A DNA stretch of 64,000 nt from assembly GCA_040954595.2 (NCBI GenBank), contig CM082596.2, forward strand, positions 5,530,791-5,594,790. The letters run 5' to 3'. A program made the position numbers and the translations under genes. The first letter of the stretch is position 1, and each line of letters opens with the position of its first letter. The notes below the pieces were generated by a model. It had not been told where the DNA came from. It saw only the letters and a program-made list of their open reading frames with translations, and ran no database searches. This document shows, one piece after another, positions 13,301 to 28,300 of this stretch. Origin of the DNA: Balanoglossus misakiensis. Taxonomy: Eukaryota; Animalia; Hemichordata.

Positions 13301-16300
13301 ATACCAGGTCTGTACAGATGCTCACACACACACAAATGAAATGGCCATTTCATCCTTTTAGAGTTGACGGGTTACCATGGTGATCACTCACCTATCAGTC
13401 CAGTAGATGTGATTTCCAAACTGCGTCACAGCAAACGGGTCTTGATTTTCGTGTATGATGACCGACCGATCTGTCCCGTCGAATTTCACCCGTTCGATGT
13501 TGTCAGTGCTGGCGTCGCACCAGTACAGGAAGGCATCCTCGTAATCAATGGTGAGGCCATTGGGCCAACGCAGGTCTTCTGTTACGATAGCCCGCCTCTG
13601 CGAGCCATCCAGCTGGGCTCTTTCAATTTTGGGCTCTGCACCCCAGTCACCCCAGAACATGTATCTGTGGAATTCAGTGAGGGGGAATTCATTGCGTTAC
13701 TGTTGTCAGACAAAGGCACTTCTAATACTAGTACATGCTAACCATGACGCACCAAATGATCTGTATTAAACTCAGTGATACCTACTGTCCTATCTCTTGA
13801 CAAGTTTGCTTTTAACCCTTTCACCACCATAGTTTAGTCCAGCCCCACTGTTTCCTATGGTACATTTGAACCTCTAAAGAGGGTTCTGGGGATGAAAGGG
13901 TTAAAGTTATACAGGTAGGCTAGTCTATGGCATAATGACAACTTACCCAGCTACTGGATGTACAACAATGGCCCTCGGTTTGTCCAGGTCATCCGAAATG
14001 AGAACATAGCGATTGCTCCCATCAGTCCGGGCAACCTCTATTAAATTCAACTGTTGATCAGTCCAGTAAATGTTTTCTGTAAATTAAAAAGAGAGAAAGT
14101 GAGACACTTCATGACTTGCTGTTTTTGATAATATATTTGATTTTTTTTGCAATGAATGATTATGGTACCTGGTGTTCAAACTTCACTGACCATAAAACAT
14201 GCAACAGAGATCAATACATTATGAAGCTGATTTTAAATAATTTACAATTATCACTCTATGTCAATAATACTAGAGGTAGCTAGCACACAACAAAGGTACA
14301 TGTATTTACAGTAAGTGACTGTACTGCCATATATAGAGGGAAAATAATACCATATTCTAAACAGAAGTCAGAAAACAGGTTTATATTATAATTTTATGAG
14401 CGTTGACTAACTTGCAATCCAATCAACGGCAATTCCTTCCACTCTGCCAAGTCCATTGGTGAGGATGTCTTCTTTCCCGGTCAAATCTCTCTTGATTCTG
14501 TGGATTGTACTTTCCATAGTGTCTGTCCAGTAGATGTAGTCTTCCTCTGCATATACAAGAAAAGTGGGAAAAAATTATAAAAATCGAAGATATACTGGCA
14601 CAATTCAGTTTTGGTGCCCCATGATAATAAAGCATTCCATATGATTTTTTTCAAAGCAGGATTCGAAAATGGAGTTTTCGTTTGGATGTAAGTAAAGTTC
14701 GACACCCCATTTGGGAAAGACAGTGATAGAAGGTCAACACGCGCGACTGTATTTTATCATACCTGCATCGAAGTCGATGGCAACAGCTAAGGTTGCACCT
14801 GTGATGGGGTTGAGCACATCGGTGTTGACATCGGGGTCCAGGGATATTCCACGGATGCCGTAGTCGATGGAGTACATCAGGAATGAAGCGATCCCTGGAC
14901 GAGGAAGAATTTTGAGAGGTTGTTATTTTATAGTCATGAAGGCAAAGACTGAAAGATCCATTGAAAGAATATTCAAAGTCATCTTTATTTGTCAGGGGTG
15001 CCATGACGATTCCACACAGCTAAAAACACGAGGAAAACCTTTATATTAAAGGTACACAGTCATCTTCAATTTACATCGCCCATATATGGTTGAAATGGCG
15101 TATTTGGACGTTCTTAGAGGTTATAAACGGCTAGCGAGGGTATTTGGTTGCGGATATAAGACCTCTCAGGTGAAAATTAGCATATTTGGCGGGAAATAAT
15201 CACCGAGCGAAGCGAGGTGATTATTTCACCCAAATATGCTAATTTTCACCTGAGAGGTCTTATATCCGTACCAAATACCCGAGCGCACCGTTTATAACCT
15301 CATTATAATATGATTTTGCTTGATAAAGATAAGCTATTTCATTTTTTCAAATCGGTTGTTTGGTTGAGAATAAATCGTGCTAGTTCAAGGGCCTCGTCGC
15401 GCACTGTTCCAGAACACGCAAGCTGAGCTCGTGCAAACGTGTTCTAGAATGTCTAAAGTCACGCGATTTTATGCCACCGCCAATAGAATTCATAAAGTGC
15501 GTTCTATTCAGGCGCGTTCCCTTCTACGTGTTCTATTTCGGTTACTTTTTTAAAAACTATTCACTGTTCAGGGTCCAGGTACTAGGTCTTCTTGTCGAGA
15601 ATATAAACCCCGGCTCCAGCCAATCAGCGAGCTAGATTCACACCAAGCATATTATAATAAAGAACATATGGTGGCGCTCTTTTTTTCGCGTGTGCCACCC
15701 ACTGAAAATCAGTGATTGGTTAGATCTCAATTTGCCATGGTAACTATAGCTAATTTTCAATAGGTGACCGTATACCTTTAAAGAGGCACTGACCTATTTG
15801 TAAATTCTGTTAAACACATTGTACCATACAAGGATCATACCAGTGCCATGGTCAAGAACCCTCAGACTCTGCAGCAAATGGAATAAAACACTTACCCTCA
15901 CACCGAGTGGGCTCTGTTTTGCTGACAGTGAAACCCGCAGTACACTGACAAGCTTTGGCAGTGGCAGATGTTGGCAAGCATAGTTGCTGACAGCCTCCAT
16001 TGTTATTCTGACAGGCATTACTTCCTGAAATGACAAACAAATAAACTTTTAGTTTGACTCACAGATCGCTGTATCGTGCAATATCTCACTATAGAATTTA
16101 TTTTGACCAGGAGTAATTTTTTTCTTGACCAGAACTTTCATATCAACTCAATTTTTTTTTTTGCTTTAGCGATAAACAGTGCAGTGAACAAAACTCATCC
16201 AAAATCATAGTTTGCAACTAATGTACAACTCTACAAGCATGAATTTTTTAATTTTGCATTTCTCCAAAATTGCTAGTTTCTCTCTACAGAAATGACTTCT

Positions 16301-19300
16301 CAACCATAAAAATGCTCCCCATCTTGTCACTTGGTTTAAGGTACAATTTAATTGTTTGAAAAGACAGAAATGGGGTGTGAGGAGCAAGTAACACTGAACA
16401 GATCCAAAACCCGTACTACAAAATTGGCAACAAAATCAATCAAAACAGTAAACCCAGCCTAACCTTGTTGGACTGACACGTCGTAGATGGCCATATCCAT
16501 GACGTTCGGACTACGGCTTCGCAGCACCTCTGGCGGTAAACTCATGTCGGTCTTCGATTTGTGTCGGATATTTTCGCCTTCTTTCTCCGACCAGTAAATG
16601 TGTGTGTCGCTGACCGCAATGCCCCATGGTTGGAGACCCTCCTCTGTGAACACGGTCACCGGGTGTTGGCCGTTGAAGTTCACAGCGCGGATTGCGTGGC
16701 TGGCTTCGTCGGTCCAGAATAATTCGTTGGTCGACAAGTCAACCGTCAGACCTGGTATCAGAACGAAATCAAATTAGATGTACTCAAACTCGAGTGTCTA
16801 TGACCAGTCCATACAACTATATACACAACTGTCCAATACCAATCAATCAGGAGCCAATTCATATTGTCACACCATTTAATCCCCACATAAATGTTAGCAC
16901 AAGACTTTTACTTTCATGAAATTCTACTTTCTTGGACTATCAAAAAGTACTCCATGGAGGTATATTTTCATTTGAATCGTCATCTATTTGTCTTCCCTCA
17001 AATTTGATAAAGAGATGAATGACCTACTTCTGGGCTTGATGGTTTCTCCACTCGTAGGCGCCATGGTTACTCTGTTTGTTCCATTCATGTTGGCAGATTC
17101 TATTCTCGGATTCTCCCCATCATCGATCCAGTACATTTTTCTGGACAGAAAAATAAAGAAAGTTGACGAGTTACGTAAAATCGCTATGAAAATCTTCTTA
17201 GCAGCTGTACATATAGTAGTGTATGCTAATTAGCAACAATTTGCATTTATGCCAGAATATCAAATTATACTTCTTCACAAGTACAGAATATTCTCAGAGC
17301 AAATGTTGCATACAGTGTTCTGCAGTGTGGTATGCGACATCCATAAGTACAATGTATGCCGCCTTAAAAGTTAGCAGAAATGATAGCAGTAGGACCCTGT
17401 TAAACTCACCCTATTTTAGGATTGACTGCAATGGCCTTGGGTTGGTTCAAATCTGCAGTAATGATGGCGTTACGGTAGGACCCATCCAACCTGGCCACAT
17501 TGATGGATTTCTTGTTGCTGTCGTAGCTCGTCCAGTACATATTCCTTGAGATCCAATCGATTGCCAGGCCGTACGGATTAGTCACACCTGGAAAGAAATA
17601 TGGATCAACATGTAATGTCTTGTCAGAAATTTCGAATTTGCAAGTGATAAGCATGATTTCAAAAACCACTCAAAACACAGAATTCTAGTAAATTTTTGTT
17701 ATATTTCTTTCAACTTCAGTTTCAAAGATGTTTACAATAGAGTCTAAATCGGTGTCAAAATTTCGGTATTAACAGACTAAAATTTTTTAATATATCTTGT
17801 AATAATATAATATCACATTAACTGTAGGAGAGTTATACAATATTTCACAGATGTGTACAAATGAACTTTGACCCACCACTGATCACTGTCTCCATCCCAG
17901 TGCCGTTAATGTACACCCTCTTGATCGTATTGAGTTTGATGTCCGTCCAATAAATTCTCTTCTCCACTGCATCAAAGTCTACACTGGTCGCGTTCTCCAA
18001 TTCCGGCACCGTCATTGACGGAATGACGTTGAAGAAGCCGTCTTGAAGGTCGACACCTCGGAGCTCAGTTTGTCGTGTGAACAGGAGGAAGTGGTCGTCA
18101 GCTGAAGTTTAAAAAGAAGTCAACTGTCAGTGTAACAGACAGGCAAATGGGTCCTCGCGACAGACAGACTTATACAGACAGACAGACAGAGGCTGAATAA
18201 GACATACAGAATAATGTTAGCAGGTTTACAGTGCTGAAACTATAAGATATACATATTTAACTTTTTGAACACATTTTTTCGGTCAAAATGTGGTACAACA
18301 TTTTTATCATTTTCACACATTTTTAACTATTTTCTCCCTTAATTCTAAACCAAGTACATGTAGATATAATTTTCCATTGTCTGCAAGTTTTAATCAAAAT
18401 TTTCAAAAAATAATGGTTACAAGGTAAATTTGGTGAAAAATGACAAGTTGACTATCATAAAAAATACGTAACAAGGAAAAATGATTACCTCCACATGACT
18501 TGCCGTCCTCTGATAATTTCATCAGATGTGGACATTTGCAGACAGGTCTGTTTGATGCTCCAATCACACACAGATGCGTGCAGTCAGCGTTCTCACATGG
18601 ATTGCCATTAGAACCTGGAAAAACGGCCACAAATGAACAAATTAAAAAAAGAGGAAAATAAATGGAAAAAAACAACAGAAATACGAACAAATGCATTAGC
18701 CAAACCAATATCTGCTAAAAATTACTGTTAAGATAAACCACACTTCTGTAAGACTATTAAACTCCAATCTCAAATCTTTACAATTCTCTGAAGCATTATA
18801 CATGTATAAGTTTGTTGCAATATCTTTTCTCCATTCAAGAAGAAGAAGAAAAGATGATTGTTTTTGGAATTCAGGGGAGTACCCTTCTTTATCAACACAA
18901 CAAATGTTAACGTACTATTACAAGCCCAGATGAACACTTAGTTTTAACCAACAAAACCAGAAATTATTTGAATTGAACAAAATCTAATGTTAGTTTGAAA
19001 TATCAAATATGATCAATCAATCACTTGTGCGAAGTGAGCATGTCTTGTGGTGTACATTATACCAACACACAGAGGTCATGCGATTAATTTAATCCTCAGG
19101 CTTTAAAATAATTAGCAATAAATATCAGCGAAAATGCCAAAATTTTAACATTTTCTGACCAAACAGCAACTATTTTTTGTCTTTATCTTCATTCCAGAAC
19201 TACATAAAAATGTACTTCACCAAAACTGACTTTTCATGCATTTGAAATCACCCTAAACTACACTAAACTCTGTCACCACTTCCAAATTATAAACCGCAGG

Positions 19301-22300
19301 AATTTGGTCCTTCTCAACACCCTCCACCATCACCACTGCCAAAATTTTAGAATGGTCCCACTGGTAGTTTATTTTGAGAAGTCTAGATTTACATACACTA
19401 ACTTATTAATTTCATCCCCAATCATTCATAAAACCATGACTTCAAGGTTCTATATCACAACAACATTCAAAGCCTAAGGTTAATGTATGCAGCCCCACGT
19501 AATACCAAGAGTATGCAACATATACTGGGCAATCCTACAGCCTGGATAAAACACTCAGATACCGTATTGTAACCAACTAAAAATATACGGATGGCGCAAA
19601 TTTCAGTGCAAAGAATGCGTCACTGACATCTGCATCATTTTGGCCATCCAATGCATTTTTGTGTTTTACTTTTTTTATTTGTCATAATACCTGCAGGTTG
19701 TCTAGATCGGTGGTGAGCTACAATGCCTGTGAGACAAACAGAGCATTGCTTGTTATATCTGGAGCCGAGAGAAAGAATGGACTATAGACAGAGATAATAA
19801 AAAGTAGAAATGAACAGAAAATGACAAGCCAAAAGGTGGAAACAAAATGCTGTTATCCAGAGGTGTCCTGATTACCATGGCGATGGAAAATAAAATAACT
19901 GGTCTTGAGAAACGTTAATTGAGAATGCACTGAAGTGAAAATGATCATGTTTAAAATGAGATTACTGAAGATTATACAAGCATTATGTAAAATATGAAGA
20001 ATAAATACAAGATGGAGGATTAAATGAAAAGGTTTACGATAAGAGAAAATGTGGAAAGATAGAATGAAGTAAGATGGAAAAACATGGAAGAAAAGTATGA
20101 AAGAGCTCCATCTTCTAAAACATGTATTTTTGTTTAAATCACCACTAGAAATTTGGGTTATTTCATAAAATTTGTAATTAAATTTCACATACCTGAAGGC
20201 TGCCTAGATTTATGGTACATCTGCAAGTCGAAGGGTTGTGTGGTGGTCTTTTGTATGACAGTGACATTTTCACCTGTCCACTTGTTGGCGCTCAGGACCG
20301 AGTCGCTCCGCCAGTCCGTCCAGTAGACGTAACCCTCGAAGATGGTGACCGCGAACGGATGCGACAGAAACTCGTGACCGTGCAGGATCAGGAGGATGTC
20401 GCTGCCGTCGTACTTGGCCGAGTGAATGGAGTCTGATCTGTACAAGAAGAAATACATGCATGATGCTCTGTTTATTCTTGGATACTGGTTTGATACAAAA
20501 ATGTATATATAGAAACGCTAATTTTCCCAGTGCAGTAGCACACAAACTACGTGTATGAAAAATGGTATGCATGGTAAAGGTTTGACGGATTGACAATTGT
20601 CGGACGGAAGTTGACTCAGGAAGAAAAGTTTTCCTATTCCAAAGGCTCCTTGTATACACCGCGAGGCGCCACAGATCAGTGGTCAACATTCAAGCCATAT
20701 AAGGAAGTTTTCCTCCCTTATATGGTAAACAAAGGAAAATGATTCGACCAATACCTGGCGTCAATCCAAAAGATTCTTCTCTCCAGGTAGTCAACACTGA
20801 GACCATTGGGCCAGCCACCTTCAACATTAGAAACATTGATAATCACCCTCCTATCTTCACCAGCCATGGACGCACACTCGATGCGCGGTTGGCTGCTTTC
20901 CCAATCGGTCCAAAACATCAATCTTGAAATAAAACAAACAAAATTATTTCAAGTACTCATGATAGAATTCCTGAAAGTTTTCACCCTATCCCTATAATCA
21001 CTATTATCACCCACCATCCAACAGTACCACTTACCCTTCTCTTGGGTCCAACGCAATGGCTCTTGGGCTCTCCATCTGACCGGCGACCAGGGTCGTCCTC
21101 ATGCTGCCGTCCAGTTTGGACACCTCAATTTGATCCAGGTTGCTCTCGACCCAATACAGGTTGTTCGCAATCCAGTCCACGGCCAGGCCCTCAGTTGTAG
21201 CCAGGCCCGTTTCAACGACTGACTCAACATTCAGGAGGCCTGGAAAGTTGAGAAAGTATCCAAGATAAAACCACATGAAAAATACAAGAATGATACAGCC
21301 ATTTTTAATCAGTGCTACTAGGCGTCTGGAATGTGTGTATACCTTGCTACATGTAGCATTTTACACTCATCAAAAATGCCCAAGATGTAATGAGTTAGGA
21401 ACTCTTGCTTGAAGTACTTGCATACTCAGTCTGCTCAAGTCTTAAGCATTTGGAAACTTTATCAGCCCAAGTATGCTCCTTCAAAAGTAACTCCTTGGAT
21501 ATCCACGACAGGTTGCAACCAAGTCAGACATGGGAGTTTAGTGAGGCAAGCCAATTTTATTCTGACAGTCTTAATACCTGCATTGTTATCGTCCGAAGAA
21601 AGCTCTCCTTTGTAGATCTTGTCGTCCACGACATCGGTCCAAAAGATGAGCCTCCGGTCATAGTGGAAGTCCACGGCGATGCTGTTGCGCAGGTTGGAGA
21701 TGAGGGAGGTGTAGGTCAAGTCGCGGATGTTGATGCGACGTAATTCGTGCCGATTTGAGAAGATCAGAAAAGGAACGGAGGGATCTATGGAAAAAAAATT
21801 ATAAGACGGTTACTTAAAGTTGTGTTTATGTTACATTAAACAAAACTGACAGTGGAAAGGTGAAATAACTGTTCCTTATGCCAAACATTTGAATTATCTA
21901 TTAACTTTACAAGAAAACAACAGTTTTGCTCTTTATGCATAAGGTAACAACATAATTTTTTCAACAATATTTTTCCACCTATGAAATATTTTATAGAGAT
22001 TAAGCAGCAAACGCTGTGCACAGAGAAATGTCAAAGATGAAAGTCGGTCTCTACCAGTGCTTTTGCATGTCCACTCGTCAGGTTCCAGCATGTACCCCTC
22101 GTAGCAGTCGCAGATGTACGGACCTCTGGTTCCTTTGACATTGACACATATCTGGCTGCAGCGGCCTCGTTGCTCGCAGAAGTCGTAATCTGAAATAACG
22201 TCAGAAGATATGTTGCTATAGAACCCAGTCAGAGTGTGCAGTGTGCATGGTGTTGACAATGAAAACTTTACTTTTACAGGATACAGGAAAACAATGCATT

Positions 22301-25300
22301 TGGACCAAACCATGGTGGTGAAAGGGTTAACAAAAATAAACCTACATAAAGTGACCACCTCAAAATACTGACATGATACATATTGATGACACATGCTCAG
22401 GAAGTCGAATAGGGTAAGACTGCTTAACTTACCGGACATGACACACTGTTTCCGGTCCACGTCAAGAACCATGCCCTCTGGGCACCCGCACCTGTAACCA
22501 TCTGGTGTGTTGTAACAGATGTGACTACACTCAATATTCCCGCCGTTCAATTCGCAGTCGCGCCTCTCTGAAAGGTCAAGCGTTGACATAAACACAGATT
22601 ATTCAGTTGATTCAACGAAACATGGACATCTTTCAGTGCAGTGATGTACAGTTAACAGCCAGTCATTGGTCAAAATACCCACCCTGAACATGCTGAACTC
22701 AAAATGTGACCAGCTATAATGGTTCTTAAACCCCAAAGAAACACACGTATTAATGAGCTTATTTTATGTGCCTTGACCATCGGTTGCTAGTTCCTCTTTC
22801 CCGCCTGTTACAAAACATATCTACATCACTGCAATGCCTCATCAGATACTTCAATAAATTTCAAACAAACTCACACTATTCCACCTGGTATTTCCTATCA
22901 AAACTCCCAAAACAAAATGTCCGTTCTTGAACAGCAGGAACACAAAGAACAGAGCACTTACCACAGTGTCCACCTTCATCAGAGCCATCGTCACAATCTT
23001 CATTGCCATTACACAGAAACTGTGGATCCAGACAGGTCGCTGACAGTCCACAAGTCCATCTAGGTGGCTTACAATCATCATCAATGGCTATATTATAATA
23101 AATAAAAACACCGTCATTTTTACTTCACAAAGGATACAATTTCAATTAGAAACTTAACAGAACACAGTACTGTAATTCAACCCACCTTCCTAAAGTCATG
23201 ATAATGATAATGAACATATAAAACTTGCACATTACACCAATATACTTAAGAGATACATGTACCACTTTACTGATAAAAACTGGTATTTATCACTCACAAT
23301 AATATCAAAAGTTAATTTGACATAAAAGTTTTAGTAAACAAGCTCTTATTTTCTTTATATTATTTCATACTTACGGCAATTGGCTTCATCAGAATCGTCA
23401 TCACAATCATTGTCCTCGTCGCAGCGCCATCGTTTGGCGATGCACTGACCGCTGTCACACGTAAACTGAGTCAGCGGGTCGCAGGTCTTGGGGGCATTGG
23501 CTGGAACCAGACGGCAAAAATGTGCAATTTTGTCAGGGGTCTTTCAAGAAGTGTTTAGGTTGAAACGTGCCCTTGTCTTGAAAAGTAATCATGCTGTACT
23601 CACAAAATTTGTGTCTCTGAAATTGTTCGCAATCATCACCACCCTCTTACAACAAAGAGTGAAGTTTATTTTTTCCGGGACTTTAAAGGGAATTTTCAGG
23701 AGTGGCTTAAAAATTCCACCACCTCCAAGTAGCATAGAAAGCCTTGCCACACTTATACATGACACAAACTATCAAAAATTCCAGCCTTTTTTTTGACACA
23801 AACTATCAAAAATTCCCGCCTTTTTTTTTTAAGTTGGGATGTTGGGCGTATTATTGGTGATCTCTACTTACGACAGCCTGATTCATCCGACTGATCACTG
23901 CAGTCGTCTTCTCCGTCACATCGCCACCTCTTCGGAATACAGTTGTCGTTTCGACACTGGAACTCATCTGCATGACAACCAGCAGGTGGGCGGGTACCTA
24001 AGTATGGATATACAACGGGTTAATTTGCTGGGAATTATGTTTAACCTTTTCGCCACCATGATTTGGTCCGAATTCTTATTGTTACAATCTGACAATATAC
24101 AAGGACGTCAAACACATTTGATTCTGACATTTTATCTTTGTTTGTTGCATTCTGTTTTAAATGAATAAACTATAAAATCCTATCAAAACATTCGAATTAC
24201 AATTTGCAAAAAATCCAAACTTACTGCAGTCTTCTTCATCAGAATTGTCTCCACAGTCATTGTCGCCATCGCAGACCCAGTCAGCTCTGATGCAGCGGTC
24301 AATAGTAGCACACTTGAACTCGGTGGCGTTTGCACAAGTATGTGATGGGCAATTAATTTCATCACTGTTATCGCCGCAGTCGTTGTCTGCACAGGACCAT
24401 TAAAATAAAAAACAAGTCAATTTGTGAATGATAGGGAAATGAGCCACACAAGTCACATTTCACAAGTCACAGCTATTTTTCCAAAGAACTGGAATTGCGC
24501 GAAATACTATTCTTTTCAAATGTTAAGAATACCGGTATAATCTACAACAGAAATTGTGAAGAACTGTTATTTTTTGATGAACTGTCATTTTTTTAATGAG
24601 AACTTGGTCTACTGTGAGCAGTTGAACAATCTGCCGTCCAGACAGTGAAAGGAGAGTTGAAATGTCAATTAAAATGGGTTGAAATGTTGAAAGGAATTCA
24701 GTGACACTACCATACCTGCATCACATCTCCAATTGACTGGAATACACCTTCCATTGGAACAGCCATACTGGGTCGGCTCACACGGTGGGTAAACTAAACA
24801 GGAATAAAAGGTACGCGAGAATTAAAAGTGGAATTCAAAATTAAGCCCAAGTATGAAGGGAAAGTCAGCTGATTTTGATCAGCTGTGGCTACAGGCAACA
24901 ATCAATGTCCTACACACTTGTTCACGCGACCAACATAAACATAAACACAAGTCTCCTTAATAGCTAATTTACAAATGTAGGTAGGTGTGTTTTGGGTTAA
25001 GCATTCGGGCTGCTCTCATCATTTCACATATCTAAAACATGGTACGACTGCTGAGAAGATTTATTTTCAAATAAAACTGCTATCTAAACTCTTTTCTTGA
25101 CTCTCAGAATTAACCTTCGGCAATTGGAACGTACCACAGTCGTCTGGTTCGTCAGAGTTGTCTCCGCAGTCATCATCCCGATCGCACTTCCAATTGATCG
25201 GAACGCACCTCCCGCTCGCACACTGGAACTGACTGTCACCACAGGTGTTTTCTGAAAAACCAAGGATGCATTTTGTGAAACGTATTTGCAATTTTGGCGG

Positions 25301-28300
25301 CAGTGTTTAAGTACCGACTTTTTGAAATGTCAATTGTTGTCAACAGACGTAATAATGGAAACAAAAAATACTGGGCTGTTAGTCAAAGATGTAGATCTAA
25401 AAGTGAACCTACATGTAAGCACATCAAAATAGTCAAAACACTGGTAGATTTTGGAAGTATGTCACTCATGATTATCTGAGGGTAAACAACGTCTTTGCAT
25501 GATCACCCCTGAACTAAAATCTAAAACGGTGAGACACACACCTCCACATTGTCTTTCATCACCGCCATCACTGCAGTCGTTATCGCCATCGCACACCCAG
25601 CGATCTGGAATACACTTGTTGCTGGAGCACTTGAAGTGGTCTGGTCTGCAGGTTGCATTAGCTGAAATCAAGACATGGATGAAATTTGACATTATCCACA
25701 TCAATATCATTTATCCCTCCAATTATTGTGGTATCCACAATGTCAAAATGTCAAAATAGTGTCATTTGTCAACTTTTAAAAGAACGAAGATTGAAGTATT
25801 TTATCAATTAAAATTAGGGTCAGAGTGGCAAACATTGGGGCTTTAACGTTGAAAGCATCTATACAACAAGAATCCTTTGCAATTCCTCACTCACCACAAA
25901 TAACACTGTCTTCATCCGAACCGTCTCCGCAGTCATCATCACCATCACACTTCCATTCTAGGATAATGCAGCGGCCATTGCTGCACCCAAATTCCCCGCT
26001 GTCGCAGCTGGGACCACCTGTTTCGTCCGAGACTTCTGTGGTGGGATAAAGGGTTAAAGAAATATTGCTAGAAGTTTACAGAGAGCTTCTTTACAAGACC
26101 GGGTCTGATGGATGCCGTCTCTACTAGGAGGGTGATTCTTGGAACATTAGTTCCCGGTTTTGATTATTGGTTATTTAATTTTTTTCGGCCGATTTGAAAG
26201 AAGTTCTTTGAGAACAAACAATGATTTTTATCTGTACGGTTGTTCATTGCTGAATTTGCCTTGACATGCAAAAAGAGTTCCAATGTAACCCTTTCACCAC
26301 CATGGTAAATTTGGACCTCTAAAGAGGTAACTGGGGGTGAAAGGGTTAACTGTCTGCATCCTGGTCGACGACATCGCATTTTTCTTGAGAATTATACTCG
26401 TTGGAAACAAAAATCAGACTTACCTGAACAGGTAACTTGATCAGACTGAAGAGTCTGACCATCAGGGCATGCACAGACTTTGCCATTTGGTACAGGAAGA
26501 CAAAGGGCAGAGCACCCACCATTGTTATTGGAACAAGCATTGGTACCTTGAACGAGAAAAGGGAAAAAGATTAGACCAGATTTCATTATACGTTCACTAA
26601 CTTTTGGTACATGAAACCATACAATTCACTTCAAGGCTTTCAAGACTGTAGCACAGATTTAAATTTTGTAGTCATACTCAAGTGCAAGATCGGCCAGTGA
26701 CAACAAATGCCGGTGATTCCCATGGCAACACACATCCATTTCTCATTGCACACAAGTGTAACTTTGGTTAATAGTGACAAAAACAGTGGCTTTTTGCACC
26801 ACCATTCAGCTCAATTGAATATGAAGTACAGTCAAACCTGTGTTAGTGACCACCTCTATATGGTGGCCACTATGTTACAGTCCCTGTGCAACTTACATGT
26901 GCATTAAATGACCTGTCTATAAAGACCACCTGTCTATAAAGGCCAGTTTATGAAAGTCCCTTGACTGGCCACTATACACAGGTTTGACTGTATTACGCAA
27001 ATTATCTTTTCATGGTATACTACTAGAAAATGAATATTACATACCAGATTGAAGCTGCTCGTCGTAAACTCGAATCTCAAATATCGGTGGATTGTCAGCT
27101 AGCAATAGCTCGTACGATCCGTCACGCAGATCATAGCGGTAAATCTTGCCGAGCCTGTATTCCGACCAGTATAGATAGTTGTTGTAGTGCACCAGACCGA
27201 ATGGATGTTCCAGAATGCCTTGATCTGTGATGTCGTGTCTTCCGATTACCTGTTGAGAAAGGTTTAGAAAGAATGTTGAACTGCACGGCTGAGCGTTGTT
27301 TGCGATGAAATCTTTCTGTGGGAAAATCAATCCCGCACCCATAGTCTTTGTTAGTAACCTATAGCTTGATTACTCTCATCATATTCAACCTGCTGTTGTG
27401 ACCACTCTTGGATATGGTAGATGGCACATGCAGGGCAGGGGTTGCTCACTCTTTTCACCTGACTTTATGTCACTTGCCTGGCAAAGTATGAATGATTTCC
27501 ACCTAAAATATCGGATGATAATTGATTACTGAGCAAAGTATAAACGAATCAACCACTTTACCTTTTGCCTGGTATTCGGGTCACCGCTCAGACTGATGAC
27601 TTCAATCTTATCAAAATATGCGTCGCACCAGTAGAGTTTTTGCCCTTGTCTGTCGAGTGTCAGTCCATTGGGCCACAAGAGTTCCTTTCCATTGGAGGAG
27701 GAGGAGACAAACACTTCTCGGTCGGAACCGTCCATTTTCGCCCTTTCAATTTTGGCTGGGGAGGTGGAGGAAAGTTCCTCAGCCCAATCTGCCCAATATA
27801 CATATCTACAAGAAAGGGGAAATTAATTATTTGTTTTAGTCTCCCATGAGTCATAACGAACATTGGCCAATCAATGATTATAATTTTTATTTCTCAAACT
27901 TTTTGGTACGTACCCTTGAGCGGGATCAACCACAATTGCGCGGGGATGTCCCATGTCCTCTTTAATGAGGGTCTTCCTATTGTGGCCAGTGAGATTGGCC
28001 ACGCTTATTGCCTTCAGTCCATCATCCGTCCAGTAGATGTTCTTACTAATCCAATCAATGGCGATGCCCTCACAGTTGTAAATGGCTGTCATAAGATACG
28101 ACAAAACAACACTCTTGATTATTATATACCCACTGCGAATCTAATGAACGGAAGTGTCGGATTTGAGCGACTTGTCCAGTATCATGCGAGTGCAACCCTC
28201 AAACAGCCGTTAAACAGAATTTCTCAAATGTGCACTTCACCTCTGGTATTTGCAGTTGTCGAAAAACTAATCAGAGAGCAGTATATACTGAGTGAGCGAA

